Positions 1 through 9,516 of a stretch of DNA of 64,000 bases are shown piece by piece. A program made the position numbers and the translations under genes. Source of the DNA: Candidatus Omnitrophota bacterium (GTDB lineage: Bacteria; Omnitrophota; Gorgyraeia; 2-01-FULL-45-10); contig JAGVGJ010000018.1 of assembly GCA_020057115.1 (NCBI GenBank), positions 6,067 through 70,066 on the forward strand, written 5' to 3'. Under the pieces are notes generated by a model that did not search any database, was not told the origin of the DNA, and saw only the letters and a program-made list of their open reading frames with translations. How positions within the stretch are numbered: position 1 is the first letter of the stretch; every line of letters starts with the position of its first letter.

Positions 1-841
<841 letters not shown>

Positions 842-869
842 TTATCCTCCGACTTCGCTCAGGATTTTA

Positions 870-1880
870 TTATTTTCTTTCTATATTTACGCTCAATAAA
901 TTGGCCGCAGCGATATGCGGCGGTACCGGATTGATGTAGAACCCGCTGCCCCATTCAAAACCGGCGACCTTCGTCAACTTCGGCATTATCTCTATATGCC
1001 AGTGGAAATCTTCCCTATCGTGCCCTTCTATGGGCGAGGTATGTATGATGAAATTATACGGCGGGTCAGAAAGCAGTTTCTTTATCCGCGCCAGAGAATC
1101 TCTCATGGCCCTGGCAAGACAACCTACAGAGTCCCTCTCGAGACCCGTAAAGTCCGCGCTATGCCTCTTGGGTAATACCCATACCTCGTAAGGAAATCTC
1201 GAAACATAAGGACAGAATGCCAAAAACCTCTCGTCCTCGTATATTATGCGTTCCTTCTCTTCCTTCTCTTGCCGTATTATATCACAAAATATGCATCTTT
1301 CCTTATAATCATAATATTTTGTCGCGCCCTCCAGCTCTTCCTGGACTCGCTTGGGCACTATAGGCAGCGCTATCAGCTGGCTGTGCGCATGCTCCAGGGA
1401 AGCCCCTGCGATCTTGCCGTAGTTCTTGAATATAAGGATATATTTGAAGCGCTTGTCCTGCTTTAAGTCAAGCGACCTCGAAAGATACGCCCATACTACG
1501 TCCTCCATCTCGACATACGAGAAGTCAGCCATATCCTTATAATGGTCCGGCGACTCCACGATTATCTCATGCGCGCCGACGCCGCTCATCATGTCAAAGA
1601 CGCCATCGCCTTCCTTGGTGATCTCTCCCTCGACCCTGAGCGCCGGATATTTGTTAGGCACGACCCGGACGCTCCAACCCGGGGTATTCGGCCCTCCCTG
1701 CTTCCTGTGGGCCGTTATCTCGTGCGGCGTCAGATCCTCCTTGCCGTAACAGAAAGGGCAGTCGTCTTTACCGTTCTTCTTAGGCTGCTCGGCTGCCTTT
1801 AAGGAGGAAGGCGCAGGTATCTTGTCCAGAAAAGTTATTATCCACCTGCCCGTGATCGGATCGCATCTAAGTTCATTCAT
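870..1880 (-). CDS. galT: Galactose-1-phosphate uridylyltransferase-like HIT-family nucleotidyl transferase, paralog 1
   Basis: 336 aa with an N-terminal CPFC zinc-binding motif and an HxHxQ-type active site (EHAHSQLIALP), typical of the GalT/Apa HIT branch. Confidence 0.75.
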   Translation of the reverse strand: MNELRCDPITGRWIITFLDKIPAPSSLKAAEQPKKNGKDDCPFCYGKEDLTPHEITAHRKQGGPNTPGWSVRVVPNKYPALRVEGEITKEGDGVFDMMSGVGAHEIIVESPDHYKDMADFSYVEMEDVVWAYLSRSLDLKQDKRFKYILIFKNYGKIAGASLEHAHSQLIALPIVPKRVQEELEGATKYYDYKERCIFCDIIRQEKEEKERIIYEDERFLAFCPYVSRFPYEVWVLPKRHSADFTGLERDSVGCLARAMRDSLARIKKLLSDPPYNFIIHTSPIEGHDREDFHWHIEIMPKLTKVAGFEWGSGFYINPVPPHIAAANLLSVNIERK

Positions 1881-1885
1881 GGATA

Positions 1886-2920
1886 TCAGGCCTTAATCTC
1901 GTTCAGCATCCTGGCCGCGTCTTCGGGCGGGACAGGATTTATATAGAACCCGCTCCCCCATTCGAATCCGGCCACTCTTGTCAATATCGGCAGTATCTCA
2001 AAATGCCAATGATAATCGTGATCTATCGTCTCCCAGTAGTGTTTTTTGTTCGACTCTCTCCTAAAAGGCGCCGTATGCAGCACGATGTTATACGGAAAGT
2101 CCCCGAGCACCTTCTTCATCCTGGCGAGGACGTCCCTCATGACAAACCCAAGATCCGGCACTTCACCCCTGCTCATCCTGTAAAAATCGCACGAATGCTT
2201 CTTGGGCATGATCCATGTCTCGAAAGGAAAGCGCGACGCGTAATGCGCCATCGCCACAAAATGCTTAGACTCGGAGATCACCCGCTTTCCGGAGGCCATC
2301 TCCTGCTTCATCATGTCGCAAAATATGCACCTCTCCTTATAATCATAGTAGGCCTTGGCGCCCTCGAGCTCCTCTTTCACGCGCTTTAAGTTGACGGGCG
2401 TGCCTATTAGCTGGGATCTGGCGTGCTTTATATGCCCGCCGCCGGCGGCCTTGCCGTAATTCTTAAAAAAAAGGACATATTTTATCCTATTATCTCTTTC
2501 AAGGTCCGCGATCCTGTCTAACGAGACATTTATGACCTTCGAGATCTGCTCGGCGTTCAAGCCAAAATCGTCTGTATGCCTCGGCGACTCTACCACTATT
2601 TCATGGGCGCCTCTTGCGCTCATGAGGTCATACATGCCGTGGCCATGCCTGTCGAGGTCTCCCTCGATCTGCAGGACAGGCGTGATGCTTGGTATTACGC
2701 GCACTTCCCATCCGGGTCCATTGGGCCTGGTCCCATGCTTTCTTAAGGCATATATCTCCGGCGCGGTCATCGACTCATTGCCTTCGCAGAACGGGCATTT
2801 TTCGCCGGGAGACATCGCCTCTTCTTCGGCTATATCCTTGAACTGGTCGGGCCTCGCGGCCCTTTCGGTGGATATTATAACCCACCTTCCTATAACCGGA
2901 TCTCGTCTCAGTTCAGCCAT
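1886..2920 (-). CDS. Galactose-1-phosphate uridylyltransferase-like HIT-family transferase, paralog 2
   Basis: 344 aa. It is collinear with the upstream paralog (CPFC motif, HIKHARSQLIG) and sits 5 nt downstream of it. The pair look like divergent tandem paralogs. Confidence 0.75.
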   Translation of the reverse strand: MAELRRDPVIGRWVIISTERAARPDQFKDIAEEEAMSPGEKCPFCEGNESMTAPEIYALRKHGTRPNGPGWEVRVIPSITPVLQIEGDLDRHGHGMYDLMSARGAHEIVVESPRHTDDFGLNAEQISKVINVSLDRIADLERDNRIKYVLFFKNYGKAAGGGHIKHARSQLIGTPVNLKRVKEELEGAKAYYDYKERCIFCDMMKQEMASGKRVISESKHFVAMAHYASRFPFETWIMPKKHSCDFYRMSRGEVPDLGFVMRDVLARMKKVLGDFPYNIVLHTAPFRRESNKKHYWETIDHDYHWHFEILPILTRVAGFEWGSGFYINPVPPEDAARMLNEIKA

Positions 2921-4227
2921 TACATCCTGCCTTTTAAAAATACGAGGAAATCGCTCGGATTTATGACGCCGAGGATATTGCCGAACTCATCCTTTACTAT
3001 GATAAGCTCGCCCTTCCTTGCGGCGACTTTGTCAAGAGCATGTTTTAGCGACATCTCAGGGCCCACTGCGATGAATTTTCTCTGCATGACCTGGGTGACA
3101 GACGAGTCGAGCTCCTTCATGAGGCCTTCCGGTATCTTGAAAAGGACCTCTTTGTTTATGCTCTTGAGTTTCTCTTTAACGAATTCATAGAATTCTATTA
3201 TCGATATCCTCTTGTAGCTTATGGCCATGGGCTGGAAAGGCCGCCCCTCGATAAAATTAAAATGCGTTTCGATCGTCGACTGCCCGGACTCGGCATCTAT
3301 CGTCAATAAGTATCTTAAGGAACTATCCGGTATATCATCGACTTTGGTCTCCGGTATGGCGGCCAGATACGCAAGCTCGCAGGCATTGACCTCGGTAAGG
3401 TCGAGGAACTTGTAATTCTCTTCTATGTGTCTTGCCAGGGCATTGTCCTGGTCCGTGTAATTCGGGACATACTTCTCAAAAGTATCTATGGCATCTGCCA
3501 TAAATACCCCCAGGGCCACGTCTGCGCTATATAAGATCCCGCTTGTCACTATCGCCGCGTCATCCGACTGGCCGGGCCCTACATGATGGCGGATATAGAG
3601 GTGTTTGATATGTTTGCGGTCATGCTTCATCGCTTTTATGTCTTCCACTATGAGGCCACAGTCCCTGAAAAAGTCGATCCTGTCCTCATTCTCGTGGTGC
3701 GCCAGATCTTCCGCATCGAGGCCCATCTCATCCATTATCCTGGCATTGACGAGATAGCACTTCCCGTATCCTATATTGATCTTATATAACTGCTGTGTCC
3801 TCTTCCTTATTTCCGGATTGTCCCTCAGGCCGCCCAGATAGAGCCCCCTCAATATATCGTGATAATTTACGGTGCGGTCCTTAAAGAATGGTATCCCAAG
3901 AAGCGGCTGCCCCTTCTTGGTGACCAGCCTGTCCCGCGGGTTCTCCGATATGGCGCTATCCACATATTCGAAGATCTCGTCTATCAGGTCCTGCCTCTTT
4001 GCCTTGGTAACCTTCGGGCTCCTGCCGAGGGCTCTCACGACATCGTCTACCGTGGTATTGACATAGGTACGCTTGTTGAAGATGCCGGCGCCATTGTGGG
4101 CCCTGCCCTCTATGGACTGCATGAAGATAAGCTCTTCTATCTTGGGGGATGTGAAGAGCCTTTCGGAGGTCTTCAGATTGCGGAAATCATGCTGTATAAG
4201 TTCTTTTGGAGCTATCTTTTTAGACAT
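2920..4227 (-). CDS. Hypothetical protein with a C-terminal CBS domain. The N-terminal domain of about 370 aa is unrecognised.
   Basis: 435 aa. The C-terminus (…LIIVKDEFGNILGVINPSDFL…) is CBS-like. I could not assign the N-terminal region to a family by eye. Confidence 0.45.
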   Translation of the reverse strand: MSKKIAPKELIQHDFRNLKTSERLFTSPKIEELIFMQSIEGRAHNGAGIFNKRTYVNTTVDDVVRALGRSPKVTKAKRQDLIDEIFEYVDSAISENPRDRLVTKKGQPLLGIPFFKDRTVNYHDILRGLYLGGLRDNPEIRKRTQQLYKINIGYGKCYLVNARIMDEMGLDAEDLAHHENEDRIDFFRDCGLIVEDIKAMKHDRKHIKHLYIRHHVGPGQSDDAAIVTSGILYSADVALGVFMADAIDTFEKYVPNYTDQDNALARHIEENYKFLDLTEVNACELAYLAAIPETKVDDIPDSSLRYLLTIDAESGQSTIETHFNFIEGRPFQPMAISYKRISIIEFYEFVKEKLKSINKEVLFKIPEGLMKELDSSVTQVMQRKFIAVGPEMSLKHALDKVAARKGELIIVKDEFGNILGVINPSDFLVFLKGRM

Positions 4228-4258
4228 AATATTGAAAAATTATACCACTAGGGCCTAT

Positions 4259-5248
4259 TTATGCAAGAGATTTTAAGATCATGCCTTTTTGGATGGGATG
4301 GCCGCGGAGGAATGCATCCGCATCGAGTATCTTTTTGCCCTCTATCTGGAGATATTGGACCAATAAACATCCCGAGCCTGTCTTTACGGCAATACCGCTG
4401 CCCTTGACGATGTTAACGACCTCTCCCGTCTTCGCGGTCCTGGCCGCAGGGTATTCACAGGGCTCGGCCTTCCATATCTTGAGCAGCTTCCCGTCAAGAT
4501 ATGTATAAGCGCTCGGCCACGGGATGAGGCCGCGCACCTTATTAGCGATCTTCTCCGCGCCCTCGGCCCAGTCTATAAGGCCGTCTTCCTTCTTGAGCCT
4601 TGGCGCGAATGTCACTTCACCCTCTTCCTGCCTTACGAAACGCTCCTTCTTGGCGCCTATAAGCTCGATCGCTTCAAGCGCGGCTTTAGCTCCTATCTCC
4701 GCAAGTTTCTCATTTATCGTAATAGCGGTATCATCACTCTCGATAGGTATCTCTTTCTTCAGGATGATATTCCCGGCATCCATCTCCTCATTCATCTTGA
4801 TGATGGTGACGCCCGTCTTCACCTCTCCGCTGGTTATAGCCCAATTGACCGGCGCGGCGCCGCGATATTTCGGTAATAACGAGCTATGGATATTTATCGA
4901 ATAGTATTTGGGTATGGAGAGTATGTCGTATTTTAATATCTGGCCGAAGGCGACCACCACGAAGAGGTCCGCGCCTATCTTGCCGAGCATCTCCTGCGAC
5001 TCTTTAGACGAGGCATTCTCCGGCTGTAAGACGCGAATGCCTTCGGAAATGGCAAGCGCCTTGACCGGAGAAGGCATGAGCTTAAGGCTCCTGCCCTTCT
5101 TCTTGTCTGGCTGGGTCACGACAAGCGGTATATCGTGCCCGGACTTCAGAAGTTCCTTAAGTATGACTTCCGCGAATTCGGATGTGCCGAAAAATACTAT
5201 CTTCACAGGAGGCGCCTTTGTTAAATTTAAGAGGAGCGTTTTAAACAA
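4259..5248 (-). CDS. fmt: Methionyl-tRNA formyltransferase
   Basis: Carries KIVFFGTSEF, the formyltransferase motif HSSLLPKYRGAAPVNWAI, and a C-terminal Fmt domain. The start is ambiguous: TTG at 5248 or GTG at 5206. Confidence 0.9.
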   Translation of the reverse strand: MFKTLLLNLTKAPPVKIVFFGTSEFAEVILKELLKSGHDIPLVVTQPDKKKGRSLKLMPSPVKALAISEGIRVLQPENASSKESQEMLGKIGADLFVVVAFGQILKYDILSIPKYYSINIHSSLLPKYRGAAPVNWAITSGEVKTGVTIIKMNEEMDAGNIILKKEIPIESDDTAITINEKLAEIGAKAALEAIELIGAKKERFVRQEEGEVTFAPRLKKEDGLIDWAEGAEKIANKVRGLIPWPSAYTYLDGKLLKIWKAEPCEYPAARTAKTGEVVNIVKGSGIAVKTGSGCLLVQYLQIEGKKILDADAFLRGHPIQKGMILKSLA

Positions 5249-7320
5249 GCGTAAGAAGCCGCATACAATAGAAAGACCAATATAAGCAGCGCCTTAACGC
5301 CGGTAATGTAAGAGACGGATTCCAGGAGCCCGCCTACAACCGCCCCGATAAGATTCGAGCCAAGGGCTGCGTCCTTCACCTGCGCTTTGTCGAAGCTCAT
5401 TATGAATATAATGCCGGCAAAAAATATGGGCAGGTTAAGGAGCGTTGCGCCGAGTATGGATTTTGTCCAATATCCGAACATGTTCAACGCACCCAGCGGT
5501 ATCATATATACCGTCACCACCGAAAGAAATAGCAGTAGGTAGATGATCTTAATATCCTTGACCTTGACAAAATATACGAACAGGTTGGCTGCCAGAATAA
5601 GCAAGAGTATCGCTGATATTATATACGAATTGACGATCCACGTGGATCCGAAAAGCAGGTTGGCCTTGCTGATGTTCTGGAACTCTAGCAGCAGGAAAGC
5701 GCACCCGAGGAAAAAGAAATGCAAATTTATCTTTGCACCCTGGGAGCCCATCAGGACCTTGTAAACGACGAACAGCATGCACAGGATGGCCGCAGAGACC
5801 AGCAGATAGAGCCTTGGGATCATGGGCTTTTGAATATATAGGTAAGGCCAATCGTCTGTGGTCAATCTGGTGGTACCGGGAAAACCGGCCTGGGCATTTT
5901 TTATGTATTCCATCAGGTCCGGCTGCGATTCGGCGTGCCTTCTTATGCCATCGGGATCATTGCCCGTGACGAACATCACTCCGGCATAATTAAGGGTTGC
6001 GTCGGAGACCGTAAAAGCGTAAGGCACTTCTCCGAAAGTCTTCTTCAGAAGGCCATATATCCTGTCGCCTACCCATAACCTGTCCGGCACCACGTAGAAA
6101 GTCAGTGTAAATACGCCGTCGTCTTTCAAGCGCGCCTTCGCTTCGCGCATGCTCTCCTGGGTATAAACATAATCATCCAGCCTCATATTGTTAAAATTTG
6201 AGGATATCCTGTGGGAGTCCAGAACGCCGAAACTTATAACATCGTATTTCTCTTTCGATTTTTTTAGGAAGGCTCTGGCGTCATCGATAATGATACGGAC
6301 CCTCTTGTCGTCGTAAGGTTTTTCTGGATGCCAGCTGCGTCCTATCTTATATATCCCCTCGTCTATTTCTACGCCGTCCACTATTCCGGCCCCGGACCGC
6401 AATGCTCCGGAGGCATCATTGCCTCCTCCTGCCCCAACCAGCAGGACCGCATCTCTTTTATCGGTAAATTGGTATGGCAATTCATACGTGTTGAATTTCC
6501 TTTTACTAACGTCATATATCTGCGGAGGATATTTTTTGACGAATCCTTCTGACTGGTCCAATAGTGTCATGTAACCGACATTATTGACCTTCAGGACATA
6601 CCCGTTCCTGATGAACGAAAAGTTCGCCAAGGCATTCTCATAAAGCTCTAATTTCTGATATGGGCTCCAGACGGTCAGGATCGAGGACCGCGGCGTGCAG
6701 GTAACGAGGACCGCGGCGATGAGCGCCGCTACTGCAATGATCATATCCTTCCTGTTGCGCGGTACAAAGAATAACAGCGTCGCTATTGAAAAAGCAAACC
6801 ATAGCCAGGGCTGAGTCGAAAAGAAGGAGCATAGATTGAAGGCCCAGATGCCCGCCAGGCTGGCCAGTATATTGACCGAATACCCGATCACAACATTTCC
6901 GTATTCATCGAAGATCCTGCCCAGTATCTGGCCGAGCGGGATAAAAGCAACCAGGATCATCGCAAAGAACGACATTGTAAGCAGGGTGCCATAAAAGACC
7001 ATGGCGGCACCGCCTGTCTTAAACGCGCTGTACCACACCACTGAATCAGAAAACCCGCTCAGAACATCCGTGATCCTTAAGAACGGCTCTGACTGAGACG
7101 CGAGCGCAATAACGAAAAGCATGCCTATCGTTATCGATACATTCGCAGGCTTCTTGGCGTAATAACAACCAAGGCCTATCCCCAGAAAGCAGGCAAGCAG
7201 CGCGAGGTTGCTTAAATACGCGAATATCCTGACCTCCGTAGATATCCACCTTATCAGGAATATCTCGATGAAGAGCATGACAAAACTGACAATAAACAAC
7301 CTGATATTCTTTCCGTTCAT
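5227..7320 (-). CDS. Polytopic membrane protein with an embedded spermidine-synthase-like (polyamine aminopropyltransferase) domain
   Basis: 697 aa. Many hydrophobic helices surround a central Rossmann-type segment (LLVGAGGGNDASGALR…VEIDEGI…IIIDDARAFL…DVISFGVLD) typical of the spermidine synthase family. Confidence 0.65.
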   Translation of the reverse strand: MNGKNIRLFIVSFVMLFIEIFLIRWISTEVRIFAYLSNLALLACFLGIGLGCYYAKKPANVSITIGMLFVIALASQSEPFLRITDVLSGFSDSVVWYSAFKTGGAAMVFYGTLLTMSFFAMILVAFIPLGQILGRIFDEYGNVVIGYSVNILASLAGIWAFNLCSFFSTQPWLWFAFSIATLLFFVPRNRKDMIIAVAALIAAVLVTCTPRSSILTVWSPYQKLELYENALANFSFIRNGYVLKVNNVGYMTLLDQSEGFVKKYPPQIYDVSKRKFNTYELPYQFTDKRDAVLLVGAGGGNDASGALRSGAGIVDGVEIDEGIYKIGRSWHPEKPYDDKRVRIIIDDARAFLKKSKEKYDVISFGVLDSHRISSNFNNMRLDDYVYTQESMREAKARLKDDGVFTLTFYVVPDRLWVGDRIYGLLKKTFGEVPYAFTVSDATLNYAGVMFVTGNDPDGIRRHAESQPDLMEYIKNAQAGFPGTTRLTTDDWPYLYIQKPMIPRLYLLVSAAILCMLFVVYKVLMGSQGAKINLHFFFLGCAFLLLEFQNISKANLLFGSTWIVNSYIISAILLLILAANLFVYFVKVKDIKIIYLLLFLSVVTVYMIPLGALNMFGYWTKSILGATLLNLPIFFAGIIFIMSFDKAQVKDAALGSNLIGAVVGGLLESVSYITGVKALLILVFLLYAASYACLKRSS

Positions 7321-9068
7321 CGGCTCATCCCCCCTAACAATTTCTCAAATTCCGGGTTCCTCGGCTGGCCTAAAGATACGCCCTTCTGGTAATATTTAGC
7401 TGCAAGCGCCCGGTCCCCTGACTCCAAATATAGCTGGGCCAGAAGGGAATAAGCCAGGGCGAAATCCGGGTTCACCTCTATGGCCTTATTGAAGAACTTT
7501 GCCGCTTCATTTCTATTTCCTGATATCTTATGGACAAGTCCCATATTGCTATAGACCCCCGCATTGTTAGGGGCGAGTTCGGCAGATCTAGCATAATATG
7601 CAAGCGCTTCATCGGTCCTTCCCATCACTACGGCTACATTGCCTAGATTCAGATACCCCAGGGCAAAGTTCGGTTTGATCTCAACGGACTTCCTGTATAA
7701 AGCAAACGCGTCGTCATACTTCCCCATCTTGAAATAGACATTGCCGAGGTTATTGTGAGCGCCTGTATACATAGGATCGAGCTCTATCGCGCGCTTAAAA
7801 TACGGCACGGCATCGGCGTCGCGGCCTGCACTGCAAAGGGCATCGCCCAGGTTATCGTAGAGCTTGGGGTTCCAGTTGATGTACTTCACAGTCCTCTCAT
7901 AAAAAGAAACGGGGTTATTCCAATATTCATTCTGCTTCAATGTAATGAATGAATAGAATGATATCAGGGTCGCCGTAATGACGGCTGCGGCGAGGTAAAG
8001 CTTCTTCTTTTCTCCGAGCCAAGTTATGGCCTTCGCCATTAACATGAAAAGCCCTATGCACGGAAGATACAGCCAGTGCTCCGCCATGTAGGCGTTTATG
8101 GGATAGATGTTGGCTACTGGAAAAAGCGTAATCAAAAACCATGCTATCGAAAAGAATGTCAGGCTGGACCTGCGCTTTATTACAAGAAGCGCGAGTATCG
8201 CTATAAATATGAAAATGCCCGTTATTGCGGCAGGGTTATTCCACGGGAATACCGGCGCGCCATATTCTACATGAAGATCGAAAGGCCAGAATAAGATCCT
8301 CGCGTATCCGGTCATGGCTACGAAGAACCCGGGAAGCCTTTCGAGCACTGTCGTGTGTATGGGCAGGTTCTGTATCAGGAATTTCAGCGCCGTCACTCGC
8401 AAGATTATATAAAGGACCGACATACCGAGTATCGGAAGGAAGAGCTTCGGCTTCATCTTCTCTTTTAAAGTATAGTGATAGAGAAGGAACAATAGCGGCA
8501 TTATCATGCAGTTCTCCCTGGCGAGGATAGCCAGGATATAACTTGCGATCATAAAGCCGAATTGCACGGCGTCATCTTTCCGCGTCTGTTTGATATAGAA
8601 GATGAACGTGAAGAGGAAGAATATAAGAGACAGAGGGTCTGACCTTCCCGATATATAGCATATCGCCTCGGTATGCATGGGATGCGCCACGAACAACAGG
8701 CCTGTGATCAGGGAAAGAAGCGGATGACTGAACAGGACCGAGACGAACCAGTATACGGCGATAGCCGCGAGGACATGCAGGATTACATTGGTCAGGTGGT
8801 AGCCGAGCGTCTTCAAGCCCCATATAGAATAATCTGCCATGTAGCTAATCATCTGAAGGGGCCTGTAGAATGAATACGGCTGGTCGGCGCCCGAGCCTAT
8901 ATCCTGGGTGAATACCTTAGGCAGATTCGTCCAGCTCTTCACATACGAGTTATCCTTGACGAGAAATTTATCGTCGTAGATGAACTTGCCGTTCAAGGAA
9001 GGCGCGTAGATGAGAAAACCGAGAACGGCGATCAATATTATAGATATAACAGCTATCTTCTTGTCCAT
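7317..9068 (-). CDS. Integral membrane protein with C-terminal TPR repeats, resembling the PMT/TMTC-like GT-C glycosyltransferase family
   Basis: 583 aa. The N-terminal half has multiple transmembrane segments and the C-terminal 170 aa has canonical TPR repeats (…AIELDPMYTGAHNNLGNVYFKMGKYDDA…). Its start overlaps the upstream stop by 4 nt. Confidence 0.6.
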   Translation of the reverse strand: MDKKIAVISIILIAVLGFLIYAPSLNGKFIYDDKFLVKDNSYVKSWTNLPKVFTQDIGSGADQPYSFYRPLQMISYMADYSIWGLKTLGYHLTNVILHVLAAIAVYWFVSVLFSHPLLSLITGLLFVAHPMHTEAICYISGRSDPLSLIFFLFTFIFYIKQTRKDDAVQFGFMIASYILAILARENCMIMPLLFLLYHYTLKEKMKPKLFLPILGMSVLYIILRVTALKFLIQNLPIHTTVLERLPGFFVAMTGYARILFWPFDLHVEYGAPVFPWNNPAAITGIFIFIAILALLVIKRRSSLTFFSIAWFLITLFPVANIYPINAYMAEHWLYLPCIGLFMLMAKAITWLGEKKKLYLAAAVITATLISFYSFITLKQNEYWNNPVSFYERTVKYINWNPKLYDNLGDALCSAGRDADAVPYFKRAIELDPMYTGAHNNLGNVYFKMGKYDDAFALYRKSVEIKPNFALGYLNLGNVAVVMGRTDEALAYYARSAELAPNNAGVYSNMGLVHKISGNRNEAAKFFNKAIEVNPDFALAYSLLAQLYLESGDRALAAKYYQKGVSLGQPRNPEFEKLLGGMSR

Positions 9069-9125
9069 ATTGGATAATATTTTATCATAGAATCGCGAAA
9101 GGTGGAAATTTTTCGGGCCTCATTC

Positions 9126-9325
9126 ATGGCGGACCTTTTGGGGTAGGTCTGTCGCTTGACGTTCGTTCGGATTAGCCATCCTCACTCACTCCGGAAAAAT
9201 TTTGATGGCCGGCCAACCCGGACTATCTGGAAAGCTCTTGACAGGTTTGTCCGGCCTTTCTAAACCGGCATAAGGTATCAAAATTTTTCAACGGCCACTC
9301 CAGACCTACCCCAGCGGTCCGCCAT
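9126..9325. repeat. About 200-nt nested imperfect palindrome, either a structured RNA or a MITE/REP-like element, within a 448-nt non-coding gap
   Basis: Outer arms 9126-9151 (atggcggacc-ttttg-gggtaggtctg) and 9301-9325 (cagacctacccc-agc-ggtccgccat) are complementary. Nested inside, 9191-9206 (ccggaaaaattttgat) pairs with 9277-9294 (atcaaaatttttcaacgg). Further in are GC-rich stems ggccgg/ccggcc and ccggac/gtccgg. Confidence 0.6.
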
Positions 9326-9419
9326 CGCGTGAAACCGAAAGCATGACTTTAATGAGTGCTCTTGGAGCGAAGCGATTTGATGCCCTCGAGGGGTGGGGTG
9401 TTCTGGAGCGACGTTGAAT

Positions 9420-9447
9420 GTTGCGATTTTTCAACGAAAATCGCAAC
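9420..9447. other. Perfect 11-bp stem, 6-nt loop hairpin (gttgcgatttt-tcaacg-aaaatcgcaac), 70 nt downstream of the priA stop
   Basis: Perfect complementarity was checked base by base. No adjacent U-tract on either strand, so it is not a canonical intrinsic terminator. Confidence 0.6.
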
Positions 9448-9455
9448 CTTCCGAG

Positions 9456-9485
9456 CGAACTTTCCTCTGGAAAGTGAGCGTTCGC
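9456..9485. other. Second hairpin (gcgaac…ctttcc-tct-ggaaag…gttcgc) directly downstream of the priA stop
   Basis: Inner 6-bp stem with a 3-nt loop and an outer 6-bp stem with a bulge. A possible priA 3' stabiliser or terminator component. Confidence 0.45.
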
Positions 9486-9516
9486 GCAAGGACACTCCAC
9501 CCCGAGAGGGCTCACG

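Noticed and set aside
2438-2472. Perfect 12-nt palindrome GCCGCCGGCGGC (2438-2449) and an A8/T8 homopolymer (2465-2472) within the second GalT-like gene
   Set aside because: Both are inside an intact reading frame and code for ordinary residues (…AAGGGH…, …FFKNYG…). A short GC palindrome is expected by chance. An 8-nt homopolymer is a weak slippage candidate, but there is no evidence of a frameshift.
9161-9176. tRNA T-loop-like string gttcgttcggattagc inside the structured intergenic element
   Set aside because: No acceptor stem, D-arm or anticodon stem can be built around it, so it is not a tRNA. It is probably part of the palindromic element.
9456-9475. Minus-strand AGGAAAGU resembling the RNase P RNA CR-I (GGAAAGUCCGG)
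   Set aside because: The other conserved RNase P regions (the GGUAAGAGCGCACC region and ACAGAA…GGCUUA) are absent from the 448-nt gap. The match is too short to mean anything.
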